Assembly: GCA_040398005.1 (NCBI GenBank) | Contig: JBBAUX010000003.1 | Location: 46,050-110,049 of the forward strand | Origin: Opitutales bacterium | GTDB lineage: Bacteria; Verrucomicrobiota; Verrucomicrobiia; Opitutales; UBA953 | Direction: 5' to 3' | DNA length: 64,000 bases | Shown: piece by piece, positions 1-10,361 of the stretch | Position numbering within the stretch: the stretch's first letter is position 1 | Layout: every line of letters begins with the position of its first letter | Notes under the pieces: generated by a model | What the model saw: only the letters and a program-made list of their open reading frames with translations | Database searches by the model: none | What the model was told of the DNA's origin: nothing | Translations under genes and position numbers: made by a program

Positions 1-12
1 GCCAAGAGTAAA

Positions 13-1533
13 ATGAGCAAGCCACGTGATGATTTTAGCATTGTGCGTCCCATCCGCAGATTGAATCGCTTAACCCAAACGATTCTGGCGATTGGCCTCG
101 CACTCATGGTTAATTTTTTAGCCGAACAAAGTGACTTTCGTTTTCGCTATGACTTAACCACGGATCGCCGCCACTCGCTATCCGCTGAATCCGTCGAAAC
201 CATTAAAGTGGCGAGCCGGAAAAGCCCGGTCGGAAATAATAAAAATAAAAACTGGGTGAGAGCACTCGTGCTTAATGATAATTTTTCGGAGAATGACGTT
301 TCCCTGCGCGTGCAACTGGGAAAATTATTAGAAGCGTACAAACTTGAATCGAGCAAAGAAGGTAATGAATGGTTTAATGTAACCCAAATCAGCAGTGGAT
401 TGAATCAGGAATTATTATCCGAGGTGGCGGCGCAAAATGGTCCACCCGCTCGCAATACAGTCTTAATTATTATCTCCGGTACTCGCGTAAAATATGTGAG
501 TTTGGCGGAGTTGGTTGAGGTCACTCCCAGTAACCAGGCCCTATTTAAAGGTGAGTCCGTGGTAACCTCGGCGTTGCTGGAAGTGACTGAAGAGCGACCG
601 GCGATGGGCTATATCATTAAAGGTCACGGAGAATTGGGACTGGATGACTCTTCACCCTTACGCGGCATGTCGCAGCTGTCCCGACAATTACGAAATCGGA
701 ATTTCACCCTGCGGACGCTGGATCTAACCACGAGTAAGGAAATTCCGCGCGATACTTCGGTCTTATTCATCATGGGTCCACAAATTGCATTTTCGCCACT
801 CGAAGTAGAATTAATAAAAAATTATTTATATGAAAGAAATGGTCGGGTCTTAGTACTACTCGAACCCGCTCGCACACATGGCCTCGATACGATTTTAAGT
901 GACTGGGCAATTTTTTCTCCCGACTGCGAACTACAGGAGCTGGATACCTCGGGACGTTCGGCGGAAGGCGATATTGTGCTACGTCGCCTAGTCGATAAGC
1001 CGAATGCGCTCACGCGCGTTCTCCAGGAACAAGATTTGCCCATCATCGGCTCTCGTTTCAGAAATGTTAAGTTTGATGACGGGAGCACTCCCGATAGCAC
1101 TCTTTCCGTTACTCCGCTTATTTTTAGTTCGGATAATTCATGGGGCGAAACCGATTATCAACGGCGACCTTTTAAATATGATATCAACCGCGATCAACCT
1201 GGACCGCTGAGCGTGGCGGTGGCTGCCGAGAGAGCGGCTGGCATTCGCAAAGGCACGACCAGTTCGGGGGGGCGTTTAGTGGTCATTGGCTCATCCGACA
1301 TCGCTACGAATCAAAAAATTAATCGTGGGGGCAATCAGGCATTCATCATTCAGGCCGCGGCTTGGTTGGCTGACCGCGATCGGGCTGTCTCGATTACCCC
1401 TCGTATTGCTAGTGCCTATCAAATTACCGCCACGGCGGCAGACTTTTGGGCCCTGGCCCTTCGCTTTGGTTGTATTCCGGCAATTGTTTTAGCACTCGGG
1501 CTTGCGATTTCTATTTGGCGTCGCAGAAATTAA
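13..1533 (+). CDS. GldG-family ABC-transporter auxiliary membrane protein
   Basis: 506 aa; N-terminal TM followed by RYDLT...SLS.ES; GHGE motif; RVLVLLEP; SWGET; GRLVVIGSSD; C-terminal TM ending WRRR. Confidence 0.8.
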   Translation: MSKPRDDFSIVRPIRRLNRLTQTILAIGLALMVNFLAEQSDFRFRYDLTTDRRHSLSAESVETIKVASRKSPVGNNKNKNWVRALVLNDNFSENDVSLRVQLGKLLEAYKLESSKEGNEWFNVTQISSGLNQELLSEVAAQNGPPARNTVLIIISGTRVKYVSLAELVEVTPSNQALFKGESVVTSALLEVTEERPAMGYIIKGHGELGLDDSSPLRGMSQLSRQLRNRNFTLRTLDLTTSKEIPRDTSVLFIMGPQIAFSPLEVELIKNYLYERNGRVLVLLEPARTHGLDTILSDWAIFSPDCELQELDTSGRSAEGDIVLRRLVDKPNALTRVLQEQDLPIIGSRFRNVKFDDGSTPDSTLSVTPLIFSSDNSWGETDYQRRPFKYDINRDQPGPLSVAVAAERAAGIRKGTTSSGGRLVVIGSSDIATNQKINRGGNQAFIIQAAAWLADRDRAVSITPRIASAYQITATAADFWALALRFGCIPAIVLALGLAISIWRRRN

Positions 1534-1539
1534 GGCTCT

Positions 1540-3381
1540 ATGCGGATTGCCCGCTCCACCCTTATCTTATTTGTCGCCAACCTCCTGGTGTTTGGGCTCG
1601 TCTGGCGTGCCAGCATCACGCACACGGTTGCGCCCATCAGTCAAAACTTACTTTTTCCTACGGGCATCACGGGTTTAGAAATTAATGATAATGGGACAAA
1701 AATCGCCTTAGAAAAAAAAGGTGCGTTTTGGTATGTAAATTCTCCCTATAAATGGGCGGCGAATTTATGGTCGGTCCAACGCATTATCGATGAACTCCGT
1801 TTTATCGATAGCGAAAAAGGTTTTACCGTGAACGAAGTCAAAGCCAACGGGAGTAATTTAGAAACCTACGGACTGCAAAAACCGCGATGGACACTGAAGG
1901 CGGTGACGGAGAATAACCAGACTCAAGAAATTAAAATTGGGGAAAACAAAGAAACCCGGCGATTATTTATTTTAACATCGGACAGTCAAAAAATCATTCC
2001 CGTCGCCGATGCGCTGGCCGCCGCCCTCGAGGCTAAGCCCGAGACTTATCGGGTAGATAAAGTTTTTGAAATTGCGGAATTTGAAGTCCGCGCGATTTCC
2101 ACGCGGCGAAAAATAGATAACGCGGACGTGGTCACTAATCTTGCTTACGAAGAGCGGGCACGACCTGGTCGACGAGGACAAGGTGCAGAATGGCGGTTTA
2201 CCGCACCCTTTGAAACCCTCGCTGACCCTGAGAGAATCACGCAAGCCCTCTCAAATTTAGTTAATATTCGCGTTCTACAATTTGCCGAAAAAATGTCCGA
2301 TGAGATGGGCTTAGCTGATCCCGTCATCCGTCTTGCGTTAGAAGGTAGCTCCCGTCGCCAAGTTTTACTGATTGGCAAACAAGGTGTTAAAAATACCACA
2401 CAGTGCTGGGCCAAACTCGACGAGAGTGATGCGGTGTTTCTGATTGAGACTAAAGATTTAGGTGGATGGTACAATCCTCGAGCTATTCTGACTTCAACTC
2501 GCCCCGTAGATTTCGATCCAGAAATCGTCACTGGATTTAATTTAAGCTCCGGTGGTCGTACCATCACCTTACACCGTCTTGAATCGACCGGCAAAGATAC
2601 CCGCTGGGAAATTCCCGTCGTGCCTGGTTCTACCGCCATTCAGCGTCGAGATGGTGATAGTCAGTTAATCAAAGAATTCTTGGGCGACTTAAGTCAGCTT
2701 CGGGCAATTAATTTACGCCAAGGTGAAAAGAATTTGAATGAAACTTGGTTAATCCCTGCAGCGAGTCTACCCGCAGTGCCGTTGCACAAAGTTGAAATCG
2801 AAATTGGTGGCGAAAAAATTTCGGTTTCATTTTATCCAGGGCCCGAAAACAAACCTGCCGGAACTTATCTAGTACACCAAAAAGGGGCAGCTTTTGCTGG
2901 AGTTTGTGAAGTGTCGCTCCTACGTAATGCTTACCAAAATGTGGCTCCACAGTTTTGGAGAAATCGAGTCCTCCATGAATTAGCCACAGGCACAAAAGTG
3001 GTCGGCCTGCGCCTGGTAGAACGTAAAGATGGCAAGGTGATGGGCGAGGCGCGACTCGGACCCGACGGGAACTGGGCGGGCACGGGCAGACTCGATGCAG
3101 CTACCAGTCGTCGACTAGCCACCAGCTTAGCACAAGTGAAGGCGACTGAATTTCCCACGCGAGATATCGGCGCGGGTGAATGGAAATATTTACTACGAAT
3201 CACCGATCAGGCGGCGGCTGGATCGACCGGAGCCAGCGAATCGCTTCGTAATTACTGGTGCACTGAACCACTCAACAACACCGCCGTCTTATTGCGTGAT
3301 GAGAATGACGAGGACAGTTTCCTGCTCGACCCTACTTTAGCCGAAATTCTCATCCCACTGTTAAATAACGCCAGTCGATGA
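1540..3381 (+). CDS. DUF4340-domain membrane-anchored protein
   Basis: 613 aa; N-terminal TM; repeated L..YGL..P / MGLADP and W....P....AD units; starts 6 nt after the GldG-like gene, its usual partner. Confidence 0.7.
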   Translation: MRIARSTLILFVANLLVFGLVWRASITHTVAPISQNLLFPTGITGLEINDNGTKIALEKKGAFWYVNSPYKWAANLWSVQRIIDELRFIDSEKGFTVNEVKANGSNLETYGLQKPRWTLKAVTENNQTQEIKIGENKETRRLFILTSDSQKIIPVADALAAALEAKPETYRVDKVFEIAEFEVRAISTRRKIDNADVVTNLAYEERARPGRRGQGAEWRFTAPFETLADPERITQALSNLVNIRVLQFAEKMSDEMGLADPVIRLALEGSSRRQVLLIGKQGVKNTTQCWAKLDESDAVFLIETKDLGGWYNPRAILTSTRPVDFDPEIVTGFNLSSGGRTITLHRLESTGKDTRWEIPVVPGSTAIQRRDGDSQLIKEFLGDLSQLRAINLRQGEKNLNETWLIPAASLPAVPLHKVEIEIGGEKISVSFYPGPENKPAGTYLVHQKGAAFAGVCEVSLLRNAYQNVAPQFWRNRVLHELATGTKVVGLRLVERKDGKVMGEARLGPDGNWAGTGRLDAATSRRLATSLAQVKATEFPTRDIGAGEWKYLLRITDQAAAGSTGASESLRNYWCTEPLNNTAVLLRDENDEDSFLLDPTLAEILIPLLNNASR

Positions 3382-6122
3382 GCGAAGCCAAATCGGTAAG
3401 TCGATTTAAAAAAATTGTCCGAGGCCTCGGGACTTCCATTTTAGTTTTCTTACTCCTCTTTCAATTACTACTTTTATGGGTAGCTAATAATCAAATTCCT
3501 GTTCGGCTACCTGAAAGTGTCAGTCAAATAATCCTCCATCAAGCCGCCCAAGAAGGGATTAAGCTGCAAGCACGTAACTTTTGGATTCAGCCAGATCTTT
3601 CTTTGGCCGTGGATGATATCATAGTGGAAATTGAGGGTATCACTGGTGAAGTGTTTACGGCCGAGCGGGTGGAATTTCAAATCTCTCCGAGTAATCTATT
3701 TTTCCTAAAAATTTCACCGCTAAGATTTAATCTCCGGGGCGGTAAAATATTTTGCCCCGCAAGCATTTCACAAATGGGCGAGAAGCATCTTTTACTGGAA
3801 GACCTGCGAATCGATTTAGTACGCAAAGGAAATTGGCTGACAGCGCCTATTTGCCGCACGCGGACGGGTAATTTTGTTGTTTCACTGGAAGGTGAATTAC
3901 CGCTTAACCTTTTAAGTATTCAAAATAATCTCTTAGAGGGATCCACGCAGCCGACGGTAACCATCGCTCAGTCTACCCGCAGATACTTAAGCGCTCTGGA
4001 AGAAATAGTGGCACTGGCCAAAGAAGCAGGAGGGGGCTCGATTCAAATGGATGCCAATGGTAAGGCCACGGGCGGAGCAGAACTTAAACTCCAAGCCGTG
4101 TTAGCTAATCACGTGAGCACAACGAGTATCGCAAACTTTCAAGCACGCACCTTAGAGATACTTGGCCGCATTCAAATCAACAAGAAAGGACTCATTGAAC
4201 AATGGTCACTGCAAAGTGCGGTAGATTATTTAAGTTATAAAAACTATAGCATTAAACATATCCTGGTTGAAATGAGTGGAGCGGATCAAAATCGCTCGAT
4301 CACTGGACACATTATTGGGGTCGACGGTTCCCTGCCCCAATTAGACGGTATTCAATTCTGGGCGAAGTTTACGCCGCAACGGATTAATGAAATGGCCGGC
4401 ATTCGAGCAGTTTTCGAAAGTCAGAGCCGCGAGTCCGAAGCCGTGGGTGAACTCAGTTGGATAAACTCGGCGACTAGTCCGGTGGGTGATTTCTCCTGGA
4501 AAATTAATTATGCGCAAATCTCTGCCAGCGAGTTGAATGCGTTTTCGAGTATCAAAGAGCTACTTAAACAATCGCGCGTTAAACTGGATGGCTACATCGG
4601 TTTATCGCAAACCCAGATTGAACATGGCCAACAATTTAAGTGGGCCGAAGGTGAAATCAGTTTCACCGGTTTAGACGCCCTCGGCATCAGTCAAAAAAGT
4701 CTGTCGTCGAATCAGGACCTCGCGATGGTCACCCGATTTTCTTTTTCGCCTGAGCGGAAGCCCTTCCCGCTTCAATTAAGAAACTTACAACTCACCACGA
4801 TACGCGGCGAGTTGGATTGTGCCTTGGAACCCAGAGGCGAATTTAATTTGCGACTCCGCGGCGATGTTCACCCCGATACTCTCAATGAAATCCTGGGACA
4901 GTGGTGGGTTGATACGTGGAAAATGTTTGAGATTAAAAAAAATCCTCGGGCGACAATCGATGTGGTTGGGCGCTGGGGAAACCTATCGGCGGATGTTAAA
5001 GGGCGGGTCCGCATGGATGATTTCACTTTATTAACTGCACCTTTTCGGCGGGTGACGCTATCCGTAGATACCAGTTCGGAATACACTCGAATTGGGATTG
5101 AAGAATTAGCTGGAGGAAAGTCGGAAGAGGATGGCGCAGTGCATGGGAGTGTGGCGTGGGATTGGCGTAAACCCGCCGCGCTGGCTGGTCCGGTGATTTC
5201 TTTGCGGGGCAATCTGCAGCCGTGGATTGCGGCGGACTGCAGTGCGGATAACATTGCTGAAATTTTGAAAAAGATTGAGCTACCCGGGAGTCATTCATTT
5301 GACCTATTCGTTACGCCTACGGAAAATGGACTAAATGTTGAGGCGAACGCGGAATGCATCGAGCCGTTTAAAGCATGGGGAGTTGAGAGTCGAAATTTCA
5401 AAATCAATGTAGTGAGTAAGAATAATATTATTTCGGCGCGTTCGAGTTTTATTCTGGCGGATGGAAATGTGAAATTCGAACTCAACGGAAAAACGCCTCA
5501 CGAAGCGGAAATCTTTTTAGAACTAAAAAACTGTGATACTTTAAAAATCACGCGCCTGACTGAAAAATTAAAAGGCGTTAAGGCTGGATCAGTGGAAATG
5601 TTTAAACCCGAATCTAACCTAAACTTTGACTTCCATGGTACCGTGGATATCGATAACCCCACGGAGGTTAAAGGCCTTGGGTCATTTGATCTCTATAGCC
5701 CCGATTTAAAAAAAATCCGCTTGCTCGGAGGACTGTCGACTATTCTAGAATCCCTCGGCATCGAAGCCACCACCTACACGCTTGACCACATCAACGGCCA
5801 CTTCGGGTGTGCAGAGGGCACGGCTTACTTTCCTGACCTCATGATTATGGGATCTCAGTCCTATCTTGGCCTCAATGGGGAGGTTCATCTTAAGGATTCT
5901 GAAGTGGATTTTAACGGTCAGTTCACGGTTCCAAAGTCTAGTAGCTCTACCCCCCTACAATTACTGAATTTGAGCCGAAATCTGGTAAATAATACCAAAA
6001 TTACGGTAAAAGGGCCTATTTCGACCCCAAAAAGCGATGCCAATCCGCCCTGGTTGTCATTATTCTTTAAGTCCATTATTAAGAAAGACTTAGGTAAAAT
6101 TCCTGATAGTTTGATGGAATGA
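3378..6122 (+). CDS. AsmA-like (bridge-like, beta-rich) envelope protein
   Basis: 914 aa; N-terminal TM; long beta-rich body; AsmA-type C-terminus (GEVHL...VDFNG, ITVKGPISTPK); ATGA overlap with upstream gene. Confidence 0.6.
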   Translation: MSEAKSVSRFKKIVRGLGTSILVFLLLFQLLLLWVANNQIPVRLPESVSQIILHQAAQEGIKLQARNFWIQPDLSLAVDDIIVEIEGITGEVFTAERVEFQISPSNLFFLKISPLRFNLRGGKIFCPASISQMGEKHLLLEDLRIDLVRKGNWLTAPICRTRTGNFVVSLEGELPLNLLSIQNNLLEGSTQPTVTIAQSTRRYLSALEEIVALAKEAGGGSIQMDANGKATGGAELKLQAVLANHVSTTSIANFQARTLEILGRIQINKKGLIEQWSLQSAVDYLSYKNYSIKHILVEMSGADQNRSITGHIIGVDGSLPQLDGIQFWAKFTPQRINEMAGIRAVFESQSRESEAVGELSWINSATSPVGDFSWKINYAQISASELNAFSSIKELLKQSRVKLDGYIGLSQTQIEHGQQFKWAEGEISFTGLDALGISQKSLSSNQDLAMVTRFSFSPERKPFPLQLRNLQLTTIRGELDCALEPRGEFNLRLRGDVHPDTLNEILGQWWVDTWKMFEIKKNPRATIDVVGRWGNLSADVKGRVRMDDFTLLTAPFRRVTLSVDTSSEYTRIGIEELAGGKSEEDGAVHGSVAWDWRKPAALAGPVISLRGNLQPWIAADCSADNIAEILKKIELPGSHSFDLFVTPTENGLNVEANAECIEPFKAWGVESRNFKINVVSKNNIISARSSFILADGNVKFELNGKTPHEAEIFLELKNCDTLKITRLTEKLKGVKAGSVEMFKPESNLNFDFHGTVDIDNPTEVKGLGSFDLYSPDLKKIRLLGGLSTILESLGIEATTYTLDHINGHFGCAEGTAYFPDLMIMGSQSYLGLNGEVHLKDSEVDFNGQFTVPKSSSSTPLQLLNLSRNLVNNTKITVKGPISTPKSDANPPWLSLFFKSIIKKDLGKIPDSLME

Positions 6123-6186
6123 GATGTTGATTAGTTGCTAGGACCCGATGTATCTATCGTGAAACCCCCTCACGGAGGACAAAACA

Positions 6187-6657
6187 TTGGACCTAACTAA
6201 GATCAAACAAGTCGTGGATTTAATGAAGAAATCGGACCTTTCCGAATTCGAAATCCAAGACCAAGAATTCAAATTACGCATCAAGCGTGATGTGGGTGGA
6301 CGTGCTGCGCCCGTAGCATCCGCCCCAGCGGCACCCGTTGCCTATACACCTGCTACGGCAAGTGCACCCAGCCCAGCGGTTGCCCCAGCTCCTGCGGCAG
6401 TGGTAGCTGACCCCAACGTCAAAACTATCAATTCACCCATGGTCGGGACCTATTACTCCACCCCTTCACCCGAGAACCCAGCCTTCGTGGTCGTCGGTTC
6501 ACAGGTTAAGGTGGATAGCACCGTTTGTATCATCGAAGCGATGAAGGTGATGAATGAGATTCCTTCTGAAATCGCTGGCACGATTGTTGAATGTCTCGTG
6601 GCCAATGGAACATCCGTGGAATTCGGCCAGCCCCTCTTCCGCGTGAAGGTAGGCTGA
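6187..6657 (+). CDS. accB: Acetyl-CoA carboxylase biotin carboxyl carrier protein
   Basis: [19 protein letters not shown] biotinylation motif; Ala/Pro linker; TTG start after GGAGG. Confidence 0.97.
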   Translation: MDLTKIKQVVDLMKKSDLSEFEIQDQEFKLRIKRDVGGRAAPVASAPAAPVAYTPATASAPSPAVAPAPAAVVADPNVKTINSPMVGTYYSTPSPENPAFVVVGSQVKVDSTVCIIEAMKVMNEIPSEIAGTIVECLVANGTSVEFGQPLFRVKVG

Positions 6658-6673
6658 TTACCGAATTTATCCG

Positions 6674-8050
6674 ATGAATAAAATCCTTATCGCCAATCGT
6701 GGCGAAATCGCCCTTCGCATTATTCGTGCCTGCCGTGAGCTAGGCATCAAGACCGTCGCGGTTTACTCTCAAGCTGACGAACAGTCGATGCACGTTCAGT
6801 TAGCCGACGAGGCTGTGTGTATCGGACCAGCACCGAGCAAAGATTCTTACCTCCGCGAGGATCGTATTATTTCTGCCGCCGAGATTACTAACGTAGATGC
6901 GATTCACCCGGGCTACGGATTTTTATCCGAACGCGCAGGCTTCGCTGAAAAGTGTGCGTCTGCTAATATTAAATTTATTGGTCCCCGTCCTGAAGCGATT
7001 CGGATGATGGGTGACAAAGCCGTGGCCCGTCAGACCGCTGCTAAATATAAGGTTCCTACGGTTCCTGGCACCGATGGTCCCGTGGATAATCAACGTGAAG
7101 CGGTTAAGGAAGCTCAACGGATTGGTTTTCCGGTCATCATTAAAGCCGTCGCGGGTGGGGGCGGAAAAGGGATGCGCATTGTACACAATGCTGCCGCTTT
7201 CGGTAAGGAATTTGAAGCCGCCCGAGCTGAAGCCGAAAAAGCTTTTGGAAATGGTTCGGTTTATATTGAAAAATATATCGAACAACCTCGTCACATTGAG
7301 TTTCAGATGTTGGCCGATGAACACGGTAAAGTCATTCACCTCGGTGAACGCGATTGCTCAGTGCAGCGTCGCCACCAAAAACTCATTGAAGAATCACCCT
7401 CTCCTTTCCTCACCCCGAAACTACGTGAAGAAATGGGTAAAGTGGCAGTGCGCTTAACGGAATCGATTGGCTACCATAACGCAGGCACAATCGAATTCCT
7501 GGTCGATAAGAATGGGAAGTACTACTTCATGGAAATGAACACCCGTATTCAAGTAGAACACGGTGTGACGGAAGAAGTCACCGACATCGACTTAGTTCGC
7601 CGACAAATTTTAATCGCTTGTGGAGAAAAGTTAGAGCTTAACCAAAAAGATATTAAAATCACTGGCCACGCGATTGAGTGTCGAATCAACGCCGAAGACC
7701 CTGCGCGTAACTTCGCCCCCAGCCCTGGAACGATCGGACTTTATTACACTCCCGGTGGTCATGGTGTTCGCGTAGACTCCCACTGTTACTCCGGTTACAC
7801 GATTCCTCCTACTTACGATTCCATGGTGGCTAAACTTATCTCGGTCGGCTCCAACCGTCAGAAAGCTCTCGACCGTATGCACCGCGCCTTGGGTGAATAT
7901 ATCATTCGCGGTATCCATACCACCATTCCCGTTTGTCGTTCGATTATGAAAGATCCCGTGTTCCGCCAAGGAGGTGCGACCACGAAGTATCTGGAAGATT
8001 TCTTTGAACGCACTCCTAAGGAACTCTGGTCAGCCTCACCGCTGAGTTGA
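6674..8050 (+). CDS. accC: Acetyl-CoA carboxylase biotin carboxylase subunit
   Basis: [49 protein letters not shown]. Confidence 0.98.
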   Translation: MNKILIANRGEIALRIIRACRELGIKTVAVYSQADEQSMHVQLADEAVCIGPAPSKDSYLREDRIISAAEITNVDAIHPGYGFLSERAGFAEKCASANIKFIGPRPEAIRMMGDKAVARQTAAKYKVPTVPGTDGPVDNQREAVKEAQRIGFPVIIKAVAGGGGKGMRIVHNAAAFGKEFEAARAEAEKAFGNGSVYIEKYIEQPRHIEFQMLADEHGKVIHLGERDCSVQRRHQKLIEESPSPFLTPKLREEMGKVAVRLTESIGYHNAGTIEFLVDKNGKYYFMEMNTRIQVEHGVTEEVTDIDLVRRQILIACGEKLELNQKDIKITGHAIECRINAEDPARNFAPSPGTIGLYYTPGGHGVRVDSHCYSGYTIPPTYDSMVAKLISVGSNRQKALDRMHRALGEYIIRGIHTTIPVCRSIMKDPVFRQGGATTKYLEDFFERTPKELWSASPLS

Positions 8051-8070
8051 GGCCCAAGGAAAAAATCGCC

Positions 8071-8994
8071 ATGAGCTCTAGCTCTCGTCTCCGCAGTACA
8101 GAAAGTAAAAAACTGCGAACGGGTGGCGACTATCTGCAATTCGCGAATAAATTATTAAAGGCGAAGGGCGTGGCCCACGGACAAGGCTTTGTCGACGAAC
8201 AAGAGGAGTCGCTGACCCTCATGTCAGCTGCCACCGGGCTGGCTTGGGAAAAATTGCCTCAGTGCTTTAAGCGTGAGCTAACGGAAAAAGAAAAAAATCG
8301 CTTTGTCGAGTTACTCGGTCGACGCATTTTGGAACGAATACCCACGGCTTATCTCATCGGAGAAGCTTGGCTCGGTGGATTAAAATTTAAAGTGGATGAA
8401 CGCGTCATCATTCCGCGGTCGTACTTCGTGGAACTGATTCCCGAAATTATCCCGCAATGGTTGCCACCGGTTAAAACGATAAAGCGCGTTGCTGATATCT
8501 GTACGGGATCTGGCTGCCTTGCCATCTTACTGGCTAAATATTTCCCCAACGCTCAAGTGGATGCGACGGATCTTTCGGGCGATGCCCTCGAGGTTGCAAA
8601 AATTAATGTTAAAAAGCACCGCTTAGAAAAACGCGTGAAGCTATTTAAGACCGACACCATGACCGCGCTGATGTCGGGTAAAAATTACGACCTCATTGTA
8701 AGCAATCCGCCTTACGAACCAGAGTCGGTTTATAAAAAACTGCCCGAAGAATTTAAAAAAGAACCTAAGATTTCTTTAGTATCAGAGAAAGACGGGCTGG
8801 GAGTCATTCGGAAATTACTGAAACAAGCGGCGAAGAAATTAAATCCGAATGGTATTTTGTTAATTGAAGTAGGTGGATTGCGTAAGGCCATACATAAGCA
8901 TTGGCCGAAGTTGCCCATGGTTTGGTTGGCCACGCAAGATGGACTGGATTGCGTGTGCTTAATCGCAGCGCGTGACTTACAAAAATTAAAATAA
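8071..8994 (+). CDS. prmB: Ribosomal protein L3 N5-glutamine methyltransferase
   Basis: RIPTAYL, DERVIIPRS..ELI, DICTGSGCLAI, NPPY, LIEVG; PrmB-type rather than PrmC; ATG 8071 preferred over TTG 8047. Confidence 0.85.
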   Translation: MSSSSRLRSTESKKLRTGGDYLQFANKLLKAKGVAHGQGFVDEQEESLTLMSAATGLAWEKLPQCFKRELTEKEKNRFVELLGRRILERIPTAYLIGEAWLGGLKFKVDERVIIPRSYFVELIPEIIPQWLPPVKTIKRVADICTGSGCLAILLAKYFPNAQVDATDLSGDALEVAKINVKKHRLEKRVKLFKTDTMTALMSGKNYDLIVSNPPYEPESVYKKLPEEFKKEPKISLVSEKDGLGVIRKLLKQAAKKLNPNGILLIEVGGLRKAIHKHWPKLPMVWLATQDGLDCVCLIAARDLQKLK

Positions 8995-8996
8995 TT

Positions 8997-9938
8997 TTAC
9001 CATGCGCGCGGAGCTACAGCGGTTTCTAATTTATCCTGCGTGGACTGGGGAAGTTTGGGAAAGAAATTTAATCCCGTGAGGGTTTCGATTCGTCGGATAC
9101 TCACAACGTAACGAGTTAATTCTGTATCTCTCCATTTTTCTTCGTGCGGAACCAGATAAGCAATCGCACGTATACCCTTCTTTTCTTCATCATATTCAGA
9201 GATTACCATCCAGAATTCGTCGGGCACCGGAATTCGGCCTATCATTCTTGGACGAGCACTGTAAACGGGACCCACCTGGACCCAGACTTCGCCGTAGCGT
9301 TGCACGTAGCGTTTCACAATTCGTTGCTCGATATCTTTCCAAAGTCCGGCATTCAAAGCGTGGAGTTGTGGAACAATATTAGAGAGGAAGAAGGTTTCTT
9401 TTTGGGCGTCGGCGCCGTAACAAACTGAGATTGCGTAATTAGGGGCGAGGTGACCTCGGTCATACCCCGAGCGAACATATTCTTCGGTGGATACTTTAGC
9501 CGAAGTTCTGGTATCGACATAAAAAGATGAGGGACGTGGGAGGTGCACATCCTGATACGGAAAAACGCGGTAGGAGGACCAACGCGCGGTGGGCACGATA
9601 TCGTCGTAGCCCACAGAATATCCCTGATTCACTAAATGCTTAAGGCCCGATTTATCTGCGGGCTCGCCGTAGGGAGCGAAAGCATGGGCATCGGGCTCGG
9701 GCGCTGGCACCACGTCACCGGTGATCACAATCGTTTGGTCTACAACCTGATCTAAAACCCGGATTACACTATCGGGCGTAGTTTGATCTTCTCTTACTTT
9801 ATCAACGACATCGATAGCCCGCTGCTCGATAGCAATCTTCTGCGGTGGGTCGGAAAATAGGTAAACTCCAAGGATTATAAAAATTAACCCTAATGAAATT
9901 AACAGAACCCAACCTAAAAATTTTAAAATCTTACTCAT
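8997..9938 (-). CDS. Membrane-anchored DNA/RNA non-specific endonuclease (NucA/EndoG family)
   Basis: SGYDRGHLAP, TFFLSNIVPQ...LNAGLW..IE, IPVP..FW, IE..TGLNFF; N-terminal TM. Confidence 0.93.
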   Translation of the reverse strand: MSKILKFLGWVLLISLGLIFIILGVYLFSDPPQKIAIEQRAIDVVDKVREDQTTPDSVIRVLDQVVDQTIVITGDVVPAPEPDAHAFAPYGEPADKSGLKHLVNQGYSVGYDDIVPTARWSSYRVFPYQDVHLPRPSSFYVDTRTSAKVSTEEYVRSGYDRGHLAPNYAISVCYGADAQKETFFLSNIVPQLHALNAGLWKDIEQRIVKRYVQRYGEVWVQVGPVYSARPRMIGRIPVPDEFWMVISEYDEEKKGIRAIAYLVPHEEKWRDTELTRYVVSIRRIETLTGLNFFPKLPQSTQDKLETAVAPRAW

Positions 9939-10361
9939 TTATTTTCGAAGGTAATAGCACTGCCACAACCAGTGGATTAACAAGACTAAGAATAGAATCT
10001 TTAAAAGTACACTGCGGTTATTTTCGGAGATCACTAAGCGAAGTCGTAAGTGGTCTCGACGAAGCCAAAAAACGGCGGAATAAATCGTCCAAATAAACCC
10101 CAGAAAATAGAGGGTGAAAACCCCTGGGTTATATTTAAAGGCCGACCAAAAATCGAGGTGACTTAGTTCACGAGCGCAGCGGGTGGCGCCACAACCTAAA
10201 CAAGGGATACCGGTAAAATTAAAGAATAGGCAACCAAGCGAAGTTCCGCCGAGCGTAAAAAAGATAAAAGCGAAAAGGTTAAAGGTGATAAAAACTAAAG
10301 GCCAAACGAGCTCGTGATTCGTTTCCCCGAGGAAAGCAGGTCGACGAACAAACCGAATCAT
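9939..10361 (-). CDS. DUF2752-domain membrane protein
   Basis: CLF..FTGIPCLGCGATR and AFKYNP motifs; hydrophobic. Confidence 0.85.
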   Translation of the reverse strand: MIRFVRRPAFLGETNHELVWPLVFITFNLFAFIFFTLGGTSLGCLFFNFTGIPCLGCGATRCARELSHLDFWSAFKYNPGVFTLYFLGFIWTIYSAVFWLRRDHLRLRLVISENNRSVLLKILFLVLLIHWLWQCYYLRK

